From positions 1-45,000 of the forward strand of contig JAKLZA010000318.1 of the NCBI GenBank assembly GCA_030704615.1: a stretch of DNA of 45,000 bases, given 5' to 3'. Numbering within the stretch: the first letter of the stretch is position 1; each line of letters begins with the position of its first letter. A program made the position numbers and the translations under genes. Positions 1 through 10,626 of the stretch are shown piece by piece. The notes under the pieces are model-generated. The model saw only the letters and a program-made list of their open reading frames with translations. It had not been told where the DNA came from and ran no database searches. The stretch comes from Takakia lepidozioides (taxonomy: Eukaryota > Plantae > Bryophyta).

Positions 1-514
1 TACCGTCTTCGCCACGTTCACCATTTTCCACATCTTCCGTAGACAGCTCTGGCTTCAATGTGTTCTTTTTAGATCCGGCAGCGATGGAGGGCCGATTGTC
101 GGGCTGTGTCACGTATCCTTTCCTCCTCAACTAAGTTCGCTTGTAGTTTACCAGGTGTTTTCCAACTGTTCCCCTGGAAGCGCTCATCAGCATCTTCTCC
201 TTCCTCTGCGCCTTTCGCACACGCTCTGTTGTTTGGAAGTACAATGGCGCCGATTCTATGTCTCGGCCACTCCCACAGGGAGCAGTCACGATGGGTTCTG
301 CCACTCTGTTTAGTCATAACTAAAATATCGGGTTGTCAAAGAAATAATCAAGAAGCCTACCACTTTGCAGTTCTTGATAGTGGTTGGCCTAACTTAGCTA
401 TCTAGCGGGCGCATTAGAGAAGAAGTTGAAATGGCTAAGTCCTACACAGCTACGGCGTCAACGTTTCTTGGAGCCCTCCGGCACGCGAAGTCTTTTTTTT
501 TCCCATTGCTCTAG

Positions 515-1762
515 GTTGATTTGAGTAGGTATGGCAATGTGAACAAGCCCTCTATTCAGGAGTCTCCCAGCACATGGTCCTATTTGCATTGTGATCTCAC
601 AGATAGGCTTGGTTTCACAACTGTCAATGTTACTGTGTTCGGGTCATTGGTCCAAACACACTCAGAGAAGTTCTGCAAAGGCGCTTATGTGCGCTTGGAG
701 AATTTCTCCGTGCGTCCTAAGCTTAAGTTCGAGAGAGGTGATTTGGTGTACTGTTTGAAGATTACCTCCGTCACCCTTGTGCAGGTCATAGCACCATTTC
801 AGAGCCCTCCAATACTCAACTTCTTTTGCAAAGACACCATCAGTGCTTTCTCAAACGATTCCATGAGAAGTTTGCTACCGCCACTAATGCTGTGGTGGTT
901 ATAGGAGTACGTGGTCAGGTGGAACAGCGTTTCGAGCTGACAGTGGCGGATGGGGCCTTTTCAGCTGGATGTTCAGATTGTAAGTCTCTTACCATTTGTT
1001 TGCTTTTCGCCTTTTCTTTGTTATGCTATTTTAAACTTATTATGGAGTAGTAATGGTATTGTTTGAGTGTATGGAGGTCAGTTTTCTGCCAGCGTTCCAT
1101 GCAGAATATGAGCGGTTAGTCCAGCAGTTTCGTAGGGGAGGTGCTACATATGCAATTTTCAAAAACATTGGGGCAACTCAGAGCGGTGACATGCGGCTGG
1201 TCACACTCCCTTGTACCATTTTCGCTCATGTTTTGCATGATGACACATGTGCCGCTTTGCAGCGAGTGCATAATGCCCAACAGCCCATGGAGGACATGGC
1301 ATAGCTACATAGGTAATGATTTATTTTTATTTTCAAGGTTTCTCCTCTTTCTATTTGTTTTGCAATTGCATTATCTTCTCATCTCTAACACCTTTGGGGA
1401 TTTTTTACATCACCTCGCCTTCCACTCCACCCTTCAAACGAGTGTGTGCCACATGTGGCCTCGAGGACATAGCACGTCAGGATGACGACTTGTTCTTTTG
1501 TAATGCTTGCAAAACAGCAAGTCACTGTGCCCTTCATGTTTGCATAGCTGGTAGCATTCAGGGTGTGGATGGGATTGTGCAGGTGTATGTCAATTCAGAT
1601 TGGGTGGAGGCCATAGTGGGCATGATCGAGGAAGATCTGAAAAATGCTCATAGAACAGACAGACTTTCCATCATCGAGGCGTTCTCTAGCGTGCGTCATG
1701 TGGGACGGTTTTCTTTGAACCCTGTGGGGGATTTGGTTGGATTTGAAGAACATGCAGCATAG
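515..1762 (+). pseudogene. RPA1/RPA70-like multi-OB-fold ssDNA-binding protein with C-terminal Zn ribbon; spliced, with frameshift/stop
   Basis: Acceptor TTTTTCCCATTGCTCTAG ends at 514. First OB-like segment: LHCDLTDRLG..VNVTVFGSLVQ..SEKFCKGAYVRLENFSV. Frame switch near 850; donor GTAAGT at 980. Last segment has CATC..FFCNAC followed by VQVYVNSDWVEAIVGMIEEDL, resembling RPA70 DBD-C. A possible ATG lies at 431. Confidence 0.55.
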
Positions 1763-2025
1763 TTCTTTTGCTGCATTCAAGAGCATGCTAGACTAGAGGG
1801 CTGCTTTCAGGTGTATCAACCTTTACAATAGTTTAGTGTATGCTCGGATTTCCTCGGATTAACTTGGACTTCCTACATCTATAGGCTATTTGGTTTCATG
1901 GTGCTGCTTCATATGTGAAGCATTTTTCCTGAGCATCTCTACTTCGTCAAAGTAGTTCTTACCATGACAATAGAGCCCACACAACATGATTGGATTTTAT
2001 TAATCCATTTTTGTGAGTTGTGTGT

Positions 2026-2457
2026 GAAGGCGACTGCCGAAGAGCCTTCCAACACCCCAGGATTTCAGAATATGGTCTCGTTCTTTGAGAGGGTGTGTGC
2101 AGACAAGGATTGTAAGAGGGGCGGAAATGCCACCGAGTGGTCTTGCGATATGATCATCTTGGATATTCCGGACGGAGAGCCTGTGGAAGGACTGCAAGCT
2201 TTGCCATCTTGGAACAGGTACTCGGAGGACTTTTGGAAGAAAGGATTCGGGCTTGCCCGCAAGGTGTTGGACGACAGAGGCTGTGTGGTTGTCCTGGCGA
2301 GCAGAGGAAAAAACACTCAGACAAGAATTGCGAAGTGGACCCACAAGAGCGCCGTCCCGATTCTGAAAAAGAAGTGGACGTGCATCAACACACTGGGCCT
2401 TCGGTCGGAAGGGAAGAAGGTGATTACGACACTGGCACTCGTCCATTCATTTGCTTG
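2026..2457 (+). pseudogene. Isolated, inverted fragment of the family-A methyltransferase exon
   Basis: Near-exact reverse complement of 6265-6696 (KATAEEPS...DMIILDIPDG...SEGKK plus the start of the next intron). Homology stops abruptly at both ends. Confidence 0.9.
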
Positions 2458-2480
2458 TGTCGCGGCCCTTTGCCTTGAGG

Positions 2481-2531
2481 GGGGGCTGCTATTTCATGAG
2501 CCATGAGCCATGAGCGGCATGAGCCATGAGC
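2481..2531 (+). repeat. Left terminal inverted repeat plus five CATGAGC subterminal heptamers
   Basis: CTATTTCATGAGCCATGAGCCATGAGCGGCATGAGCCATGAGC mirrors the GCTCATG run at 17011-17114. Confidence 0.85.
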
Positions 2532-2943
2532 AGAGTCGTAAGTGTGGAAAAAAAACATGAGCAGCACTATTTTCCGGAAATGAGTGTCCGCGGAATAGGG
2601 TTTAGGGTGCCACGGTCATAGGGGGAGAAGGACCTCCCGATGAAGGAGGTTCGGCAATGTTATTTAGAATTATATATTGAAAGGCAATGTTTCGCGAATG
2701 GTAGGGTGGTACTGCTCTGTACAATGGGGGCCCATTTCAGCCTACCAGCCATTTGCAAAATTCACCCACACTCCCAATCCCAAACGAAATGAGCAATGAC
2801 GCATTCTCGGAACGATGGACACAGAATAGAATAAAAAGAGGGCACAATGAGGTTTTTATTGATCCACATGAATTGCATTTGAAGCACGTCTACTGTGCTG
2901 ATTGTGCCCTCAAATCTTGAGCCCTGTGCCTACTGAATACAAG

Positions 2944-3507
2944 TCACGTTGTCAATGGGACTTCGACTGCTCTCAGAACTAGCTCATGAGTCATGGGGCT
3001 CCTCCATGTAAAGTCGATTGCAGCCGTTGTACCGCCCCTAGTGATGTTCACCACAATGTCCTGCCCTTCAATCATACCACCATCGAATATGGAAATCTTC
3101 ACGTTTTCGTCGTCCACACCAATGCGAATGTCCCCATACAATGGAGAAGAGGAGCGCACTCCTCGAGGAGAATAGGTCTCTCCGATGGAGTCCACCCACG
3201 TCCAGTGGCAGCAGTTCCACCGCAACAGCATAGCAGTGCGCCTTCTTCTGCATGGGTGACCGTCGTAGCTGGGAAAATCGGAATCGAGGATGCGCAGGAG
3301 CCACGGACTCCTCAGACCAAGATCGTCACCCCGCTCGAAGGCGTAGTGGCCTACGATATACTCAAAAGCCACCAATGTTTCCACAATCGAACCAGTATCT
3401 TCTGTGTAATCTGTGTACCAGATAACAATGTCTCCCGATGTGGCCGAATACATTGCATAATCGATGCCTCCAAAGGGGCAGTCGTCCCGGTTCCGGAAGC
3501 ACGGCAT
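2944..3507 (-). CDS. Conserved orphan cargo protein (~187 aa), family A version
   Basis: Intronless ORF from ATG 3507 (MPCFRNRDDCP...). Aligns end to end with the ORF at 20759-21325, for example RRTAMLLRWNCCHW/RRTAFLHHWRCCQW, YGDIRI/YGDIFI and FTWRSPMTHELVLRAVEVP/FTYRHPVSHELVERPMEVP. Confidence 0.8.
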   Translation of the reverse strand: MPCFRNRDDCPFGGIDYAMYSATSGDIVIWYTDYTEDTGSIVETLVAFEYIVGHYAFERGDDLGLRSPWLLRILDSDFPSYDGHPCRRRRTAMLLRWNCCHWTWVDSIGETYSPRGVRSSSPLYGDIRIGVDDENVKISIFDGGMIEGQDIVVNITRGGTTAAIDFTWRSPMTHELVLRAVEVPLTT

Positions 3508-4135
3508 CCTTGCAAAGGAGGACCTGAGGACGACTTGGATGCCGATGACCTTGCGGACAGCTACGAAGCCCTTAGATTTTGGAAATGATACGAAGCGGAA
3601 GAGCAGTCCGGCCTCCAAAATGGAGCATCTGGGTCACACGTACCCACCGACGGAGGTGGAACGTGTTCATCACGCCAGCGGTGGATGAAGCCATACATCT
3701 TTCTCATCAACAAGTTATAGTTTGAGATCTGCCACCGAAGTCCATCCCCCCGGATGGAAATTCGGCGCCGCATTTACATCGAAGAGGGGATGGACTTCGT
3801 CGTGTCCAGTGGCTATCGGCCCACCTGGCAGTGACTGCCCATAGTTTGCATGGCAGGGTAGGAAACTGAAACGGCTACATTCATGCAGCAGCCAATCTTC
3901 ATCGGTCCAGGATCCTGTACGGGGGAAATTTAAATGTGCCCTGGAGTGTGCCCTGGAATGTACCTCACTTCTGTATGACTGTGTTTCATTGTGTTGAATA
4001 ACTCTCGGATTTGGCCCACTGTTTACAATTTGATGTCTCATTTCTACAATTTGTCTGTCTGGTTGAATAAAGCAGAGTAACCGGTATGTGAGTCATGTGT
4101 CAAGAATATACCAGAGTAACGCCATGTCGGACATT

Positions 4136-4880
4136 GAAATGCGGCACCGCATTTCCATGTCGGCATGAAATGCGGCGCCGCATTTCCATGTCGGCATCGA
4201 AATGCGGCACCGCATTTCCATGTCGGACATCGAAATGCGGCACCGCATTTCCATGTCGGACAAGAAAATGCGGTGGATCATTTCCGTCCAGGTACACGAA
4301 ATACCAACACGGGTCTATAAATTGATCAGAAAACGAGGTTGGCATTGCAAATGCGGCGACGCATTTCCAGCTTGGCAATGGAAACTTCTTTTTGGACAAG
4401 GGAATGCGGTGCCGCATTTCCGTCCAACACTTCGAAAAGTGCACCTATTTCCGACCAGCGCGATGGAATGCGTTACCGCATTTCCGAGAGAGGGTCTGCA
4501 AATTGACAAATTGCGATGTCCGTTCTGGAAATGCGGCGCCGCATTTCCATGTCCGTCATCGATTTTTTTTTACAATGGAATGCGGTGCCAGTTTTTGCTG
4601 ATGGGTCTGCAGTTCGAACAACCACCATCCCCAATATGGAAATGCGGCACCGCATTTCCAATCCCGCCATGTCGGCCTCCTTGTTCGACCTCCTTGTTCG
4701 ACCTCTGTAAGCGTGGTGGCATCCATGCAATGAGCGGGAGAGGCCAAAACTGGCGTGTGGACAAAGGAAATTTTGGAAATGCGGCACCGCATTCCCAATT
4801 CAGATTACTTTTTACTATGCCAACATTGAAATGGAAAAATTAGTCCCTCCCCTGTTTTGGAAATGCGGTGCCGCATTTCC
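4136..4880. repeat. Left cluster of about a dozen GGAAATGCGGYRCCGCATTTCC palindromes; first four in 31-33-bp tandem units
   Basis: Units such as GAAATGCGGCACCGCATTTCCATGTCGGACATC at ~4136, 4167, 4199 and 4232, then dispersed copies to ~4880. Confidence 0.9.
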
Positions 4881-5068
4881 AAAAGAGGTTCTTAGAGTTG
4901 CCAAAATTTTGGAAATGCCCTGACCCATTTCTGATTTTGGGAGCGTCCTGGTTTGGGCGATTGTGTGGCTGGAATGCACACTGGAGAGGGGTCACGAATG
5001 TCGGGCAGAATTTTCTTTATATACTCTGGAAGAGAATTTACATTTACAGAGACTTCATTAAAATTCTA

Positions 5069-8000
5069 TTAATCTTGAAAATCATCGGAATCCTCATCCT
5101 GTTCTAGACTGTCCTGCTCCTCCTCCACCCCCTCAGTGCCTCTCTCATCTCCAGCGGACTGCTCGTTGGCCAGGCTTTCGAAAATCCCATCTTCCCCTTG
5201 CGGAACTGTCCATCTCACCTCCGTTGGGTCGTCCTCCTCCCTGTCTGCGTCGCTCTCATCCGCTGAATCACATATGTACTTTCGTACTCGTCTACCTGTC
5301 TGAGCTGCTGCCAACTCTTTCCTTATCCTTCTGTCCTCCCTAGCCCTCTCCAAAATCTGCTCTACTTTACTGGGATTCTCACTTCTTCTAATCGCTGTAT
5401 TTGCGAGTTTAGCTGCATAACTAGGAAGGGAGTAGTCCCTCACCGGGCTCGTCATGAAGTCGGCCCTCGCAAAGAACGGGACATTCTTCCTGGCAGGAAG
5501 TGTAGGCCCTACATGTTTCGACCCGGACCCTGCAATCCTGCACATGACAATCATCAACGAGACTAATGAGAACCACAGTCGGGAAATTCCTTTGACATAA
5601 ATGACCCAGAAGGCTTTGCAAACTTACAATGTTTGCACTCACTCGTATTCCGGGTTCTCCTCTGCATCAATGTCCACTGTGTCTTCCTCGGACTCCGACG
5701 AATCCGAGGAGACTTCCGCTCTGTCGGGAGCCTTCACATTCCGTTGCAGCCCCTCCAGATGGGATCCCCACACGGATGAATCCTCCTCGTAGGCAAAGAG
5801 GTGCCGGTCGGAAAACCGCCCAGCCCACATTGAGGCACCTGTTACAATGCCATCCACACATTACCACATGGCGCTTCAGATGTTGCGAACTACATCCTAA
5901 CGAGAATTTGCAGAACAGCAGAGATCAAGATTCTGCATACCTGTCCCACAGATGAGGTCCAGCACTGTGCCCTCCACGTCTGTGCATGTCTCCATAATTG
6001 TCTGAATGAAGGCAGGGCTCCGAGTCCGTGAGTACCGCAGGGGTTCCGTTGAAGTGAGGCTATGAGGGAGAAGTTCCTTGGGAACGTTGTTGAACAGAAC
6101 GTCGTAATCGAGTGGGTCGCAGTTCGGGTCAACCTTTCCTCCCTCCTTCCGGAAAGCAAAGGTGGAGTTTTCCTTCACAAAGCAGTATGCATCGAACTGC
6201 TTCGTCTGCATACACAGGGGGAAAACGATTAGAAACCGAATGCGGCACCGCATTTGAAAGCACCCAAGCAAATAAATGGACGAGTGCCAGTGTCGTAATC
6301 ACCTTCTTCCCTTCCGACCGAAGGCCCAGTGTGTTGATGCACGTCCACTTCTTTTTCAGAATCGGGACGGCGCTCTTGCGGGTCCACTTCGCAATTCCTG
6401 TCTGAGTGTTTTTTCCTCTGCTCGCCAGGACAACCACACAGCCTCTGTCGTCCAACACCATGCGGGCAAGCCCGAATCCTTTCTTCCAAAAGTCCTCCGA
6501 GTACCTGTTCCAAGATGGCAAAGCTTGCAGTCCTTCCACAGGCTCTCCGTCCGGAATATCCAAGATGATCATATCGCAAGACCACTCGGTGGCATTTCCG
6601 CCCCTCCTACAATCCTTGTCTGCACACACCCTCTCAAAGAACGAGACCATATTCTGAAATCCTGGGGTGTCGGAAGGCTCTTCGGCAGTCGCCTTCTTCA
6701 GTGCTCTGCCCTTCAGACCCTCCATGGTCTTCATGTATGCCAACTTGGCTGCCCGTCCATCCAAAGCCGCCAAGAAACTCTCATTTACACACTGGACTAC
6801 AGTTTCGGGAGCCACTTTCGGCCTCTTCATTTCCACCGGCTCGAAAGGGTGCCCCCCTGGGGGGTTGAAGAGTGCCTTCTTTGCCGAGCCAGTTCTCGTG
6901 CCTCTGGTGACAACGGTGGGCACAGGGGAGGCAGCCTGCGTTTGGGGGGGTGGGCTGGTTGCAAAGTCTCCATCGGAGTCCTCTTCCTCACCCTCTTCCT
7001 GAACAGGCTGTTTCTGCTTCTTCGTTTTGGCGGGTGTCACAACAGCTGCTCCTTGCTGGCGAGTCCTCTTCTTCGACCCCTTCTGTTGGGCCTGCACAGC
7101 TGCATCCACCGTCTTTTGTGCCATCTCAGCTGCCTTTCTGGATTCTTCCAGAGCAGCAGATTCCTTTGCCGACTTTGGCCCAGCAGGGACACGTCTTTCC
7201 TTTCTCTTCTCTTCTGCCAAGGCGTGCAGATCTTTCTCAGACTCGTCAACAATACCGCCAGACATGTCCAGGTACCACGGGCATCCAACGAGATGCGCGG
7301 GATGCCATTGTTTCTGCATCTCGGGTGTGTAGACACAGCTTGGGCCCGCCACGGTCCAAGCCATGAAGAACGGGGGCTCTTGAGCCAGGGCCCCTGTCTG
7401 AAGGAGCACGTATTTCATATACCTGCAAGGCAGTCAGCATGCGTGAGCAAAACTTGAGACCAACCTACTGGCAGAGTGCCACCGAAAACATAAAATGCGA
7501 ATGCGGTGCCGCATTTCCGAGACAAACCTCGTAACCAGGCTTCGCATACAAGGGCAGCTGTGCTTCACCTGTAAACAATTCGCATTGCAGCTTTCCCCGC
7601 TCCCTCCTGATGTGTAAACTCCACGCTCCTTCTTGCTGTCTGTAGCTCTCTGGCGAAAAGGTTGTCCTTGTACGCACATCTGAAACGTGTCACGTAGTCT
7701 TCCAATGTCTGTGTTCCATCCCATTTGACGTACAAGCCGAACGAATTTGTGTGCATTACGACTTGCTCCTTTGCATTCGACATTACCTGCCATTCCCAAA
7801 TGCATTGTCACGTAGCAGTTCAGGGAATTCATGTCAGAAAAGCAAATCTGGGGAAGTACCTTGAATTACCTGGAACCACCAAGTCATACGGTTGAGCCAC
7901 ACATCCACTGCAGGGTCGGAAACTTCCAGTGGAAAAGACCACATTGTCCTTATGCTCTCGGATGCATTCCAGATCGACAGCCACCGTGTCTGCCATTTCC

Positions 8001-9982
8001 GATCCAATGTCAGTGGCTGGAAGAGAGTGGCTATTGCTAGGAAGGAAATTCAGTGCATTGAAACCTCACCTTCTCTTTCGCCTCCACACATGCCGTTGAG
8101 AGGTGATGCAGTTTCTCCAATTGCATGGTCGGCTGCATGGCCCGAGAATAGTGTTTTGCAATCTCGGGGATGAAGTCCTTTCCAAGTGCCGGATCTGCAA
8201 TTGCCACCAGCTTCACAAGCTTTGACTTGTATTTGGTTCTGGACTTGACACCGGCTTCCTTCAAGTGCTCAGTCAATGACTGCAACGTTTTGACCTGCCC
8301 CTCACTTTCCATGAAGAAGCGTTTGGCATGGGCCAAATCCAGCTTGATGTTTGACTGCCAACAAAAACATGCAGAAGCGTTACATTCGATTCATGTGGAA
8401 ACATTACTGGAAATTGGGGAAGGATGAGCAGAGGGAAATTGGAGCACGACTTACTTCGTATATCACCTCCACCATTCCATCCATAGTGAGACGATACCAT
8501 GTCCGGTCTGTTTTTGCAACGGCTTTCTGAATGAGCTCCGGCTCCAGCATTTCCGCAAACATCTGCGGATCAGTAAGACCAGTTTTCCTCACCCTGTACA
8601 GCATATGTGCCATGTGGGTATGCACGTACGCATTCTCAGTGACCCTGCAAGGCACACTCTCCAGTTCAGTACACGGAAGCACGGAATCAAACCAGAATGG
8701 AAACCGAAATGCGGCACCGCATTTCGAATGTGCTAGGGAGGGTATGAGTATCTTACGAGTTGAGGTCCGCCATGGCATTCTTGAGGAGGGAGGAGTCTGC
8801 CGCCTTCACCTTGAGGATGACACACTCCACCATGTAATGCCAGCCAATGTGCTTGGCATGGTTCTGCTTGATGTACTCCCACCAGGCGAGAAGTCGGTGA
8901 TTCCCGTCCCACACAAAGAACATTTTTCCCGACATATGGCCGAAGTCGGGATCACCCTTCAGCGTCGCCTCGAATTCGTGGTTGCGAGTGTGCCAGTGGG
9001 TATCCCACGTTGACAATTCATCGGCAGTGGGTCCACGGGTTTCGCCGTCCTCATTCTCTATGGAAACGTAAAACGCTGCCGATCCCAGACGGTACCCTTC
9101 TCGAAATGCGAACTTGAGCTTATCCACATCTCCGGGAAGGGCCTGCCTGACGATGGGAAGGGAGACCATGCGACAGAGTGGGATTCGAAGAGTCCGCTGG
9201 AATACCCTGCTGCCCAGAACTCTGCCAATGCTACTGTGTGTCTCCTCCAACATTTTATCCGCTGCACTTTTGAAATCCTCCGGAGACATGTCTGTAGGTG
9301 CCGGTAGTGGCTGAGCAGCTGGAGCATCCTCAACTGGAGCTGCACTCTGGGGCCTGTGTGCGGGCAATTCTGCCACTGCAGAGGCCTCCTCCGGGCCTGC
9401 TAGCTCATCGGTGGTGAGGTCTGCCTGCGAACGTTCAGCGGCAGCACCCTCCTCCGGTACCAAATCGAGATCAACGGTCGATCCCATTGCCTTCGCTGCA
9501 GCAGAGTCGGCCCCAACATCTGCAGGCGGGAAATCCTCCAGGAACTGAGCTTCAGCTCGTGGAAGCGGTTTTGCGGGAGATTGTTCGCCGTCGCCCTGAT
9601 TGCCTTCTGCTTCCTCATCCTTGCAGGTGAAGGTGTCTGCTGCAATAGAATCTGTCTTCTACCCTGCTGCTTCATTCGCGTTGGGGGGGTGAATCGGCCT
9701 GAGCCGGTTCAGAAGCCAGTAGAGGGACGGGCTGCTTCTTCTTCGACTTTGCTGGAGAAGGGCCCGACCCCTGCTGGCGATTCTCCATGATCGAAGAACG
9801 CGAGTCGATCTCTGAGACTTTGAACTTGCCCTTCGAAGACGCGTCTTTGAATCGCAGAGGGCTAGGCCCGGCAGGAGTACCCGCGCTCGGGGATCGGGTG
9901 GGTGTACGTGCTGCAGCTAGCTCCTCGGACTCTTCCTGCGGCTCTTCGGATTCCTGCGATCCCTCCAGCACGTCCACCTTTC
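5069..9982 (-). CDS. Spliced ParB/Srx-like domain + beta-class N6A/N4C DNA methyltransferase-fold protein (roughly 1350 aa); a few 1-nt indels
   Basis: Inferred exons: 9982-8757, 8644-8455, 8354-8070, ~8017-7870, ~7785-7569, 7422-6303, 6205-5941, 5838-5643, 5537-5069, with GT-AG boundaries where resolved. ParB-like IPLCRMVSLPIVRQALPGDVDKLKFAFREG...VWDGNHRLLAW. MTase-like DMIILDIPDG, RSPAFIQTIMETCT and, across an intron, VLDLICGTGASMWAGRFSDRHLFAYEED. Confidence 0.8.
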
Positions 9983-10071
9983 CTGTTAGGCATGCAAACA
10001 TGTTCTGCATTCAAGTCTCCTAGCATTCAGTCTAAGAATTACAGAAGCAAAATGGGGGGTTCGGTGCTCGA

Positions 10072-10278
10072 TCAGCTGCGCGCAGCCCGATCGCATGGAG
10101 CTCTCACTGGTGGCTGGGTTGCCTGAGTGGCCTGCTGCTCGGAGATGGCAATCTCCTCCTGTAGACGCATCTGCTTCCTCCCCTTCGGCATTGGCCTACG
10201 TCCGAAGTATAATTTCCGGAGCTTGCGACGAGGTCTCCTGTCTGGTGCACGAACTCCCCCCCTCTCAGGTTCGAGCAT
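10072..10278 (-). CDS. Short basic ORF or first exon upstream of the ParB-MTase gene
   Basis: RRPRRKLRKLYFGRRP..K.QMRLQEEIAIS matches family B PRPRRKLKALYYGRRP..MAKLKLQQEIPLS (23781-23960). The splice link to the next exon was not resolved. Confidence 0.55.
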   Translation of the reverse strand: MLEPERGGVRAPDRRPRRKLRKLYFGRRPMPKGRKQMRLQEEIAISEQQATQATQPPVRAPCDRAARS

Positions 10279-10626
10279 AAGAAGAACAGAGAGAGGGAAA
10301 AGGGCAAAGAGTGCAGATGGAAAGGGCGCGAGAGGGGTGACTGAGGAGACACGACAAAAGTAGATGAAACGGCGGTGATGCACCACTTGGGTTCGAAAGG
10401 TTGGACGAAAGTGTCTCCTCGTGGAGTTTGCGTCATTACGAAATTCGAATCGTTGAGGGTACGCCCGCCGTCCGAAAATCAAACATCATTATCCAACGGT
10501 CAGGCCGCGCCGCCTCATGCCCCTTCAGTCAGATAGAGTGCCGACATGTGCAGCAATTCCGTTGCTCCACGTGTTCACATTTCAAGGCATTTCCGTCCCA
10601 GCGTCTGATGAGTTGGAGCGAGAATG

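Noticed and set aside
1-405. Possible retroelement gag remnant on the minus strand
   Set aside because: Only a vague compositional resemblance; no convincing motif, LTR or primer-binding site.
442-465. Second family C terminus (AGCTACGGCGT also at 25874)
   Set aside because: Only an 11-bp match with no CGTGAGC run, and it lies in a possible first exon of the OB-fold gene; probably chance.
2596-2608. TAGGGTTTAGGG telomere-like or telo-box motif (AACCCTA also at ~16605)
   Set aside because: Under two repeat units; cannot be distinguished from chance.
6276-7457. Long plus-strand ORFs (393 aa here; 363 aa at 33405; 289 aa at 21877; 200 aa at 2986)
   Set aside because: Antisense shadows of coding exons; cross-family protein conservation lies on the opposite strand.
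5069-9982. Bacterial or phage contamination as the source of the ParB-MTase gene
   Set aside because: The gene has multiple GT-AG introns conserved across families and lies within eukaryotic MULE termini.
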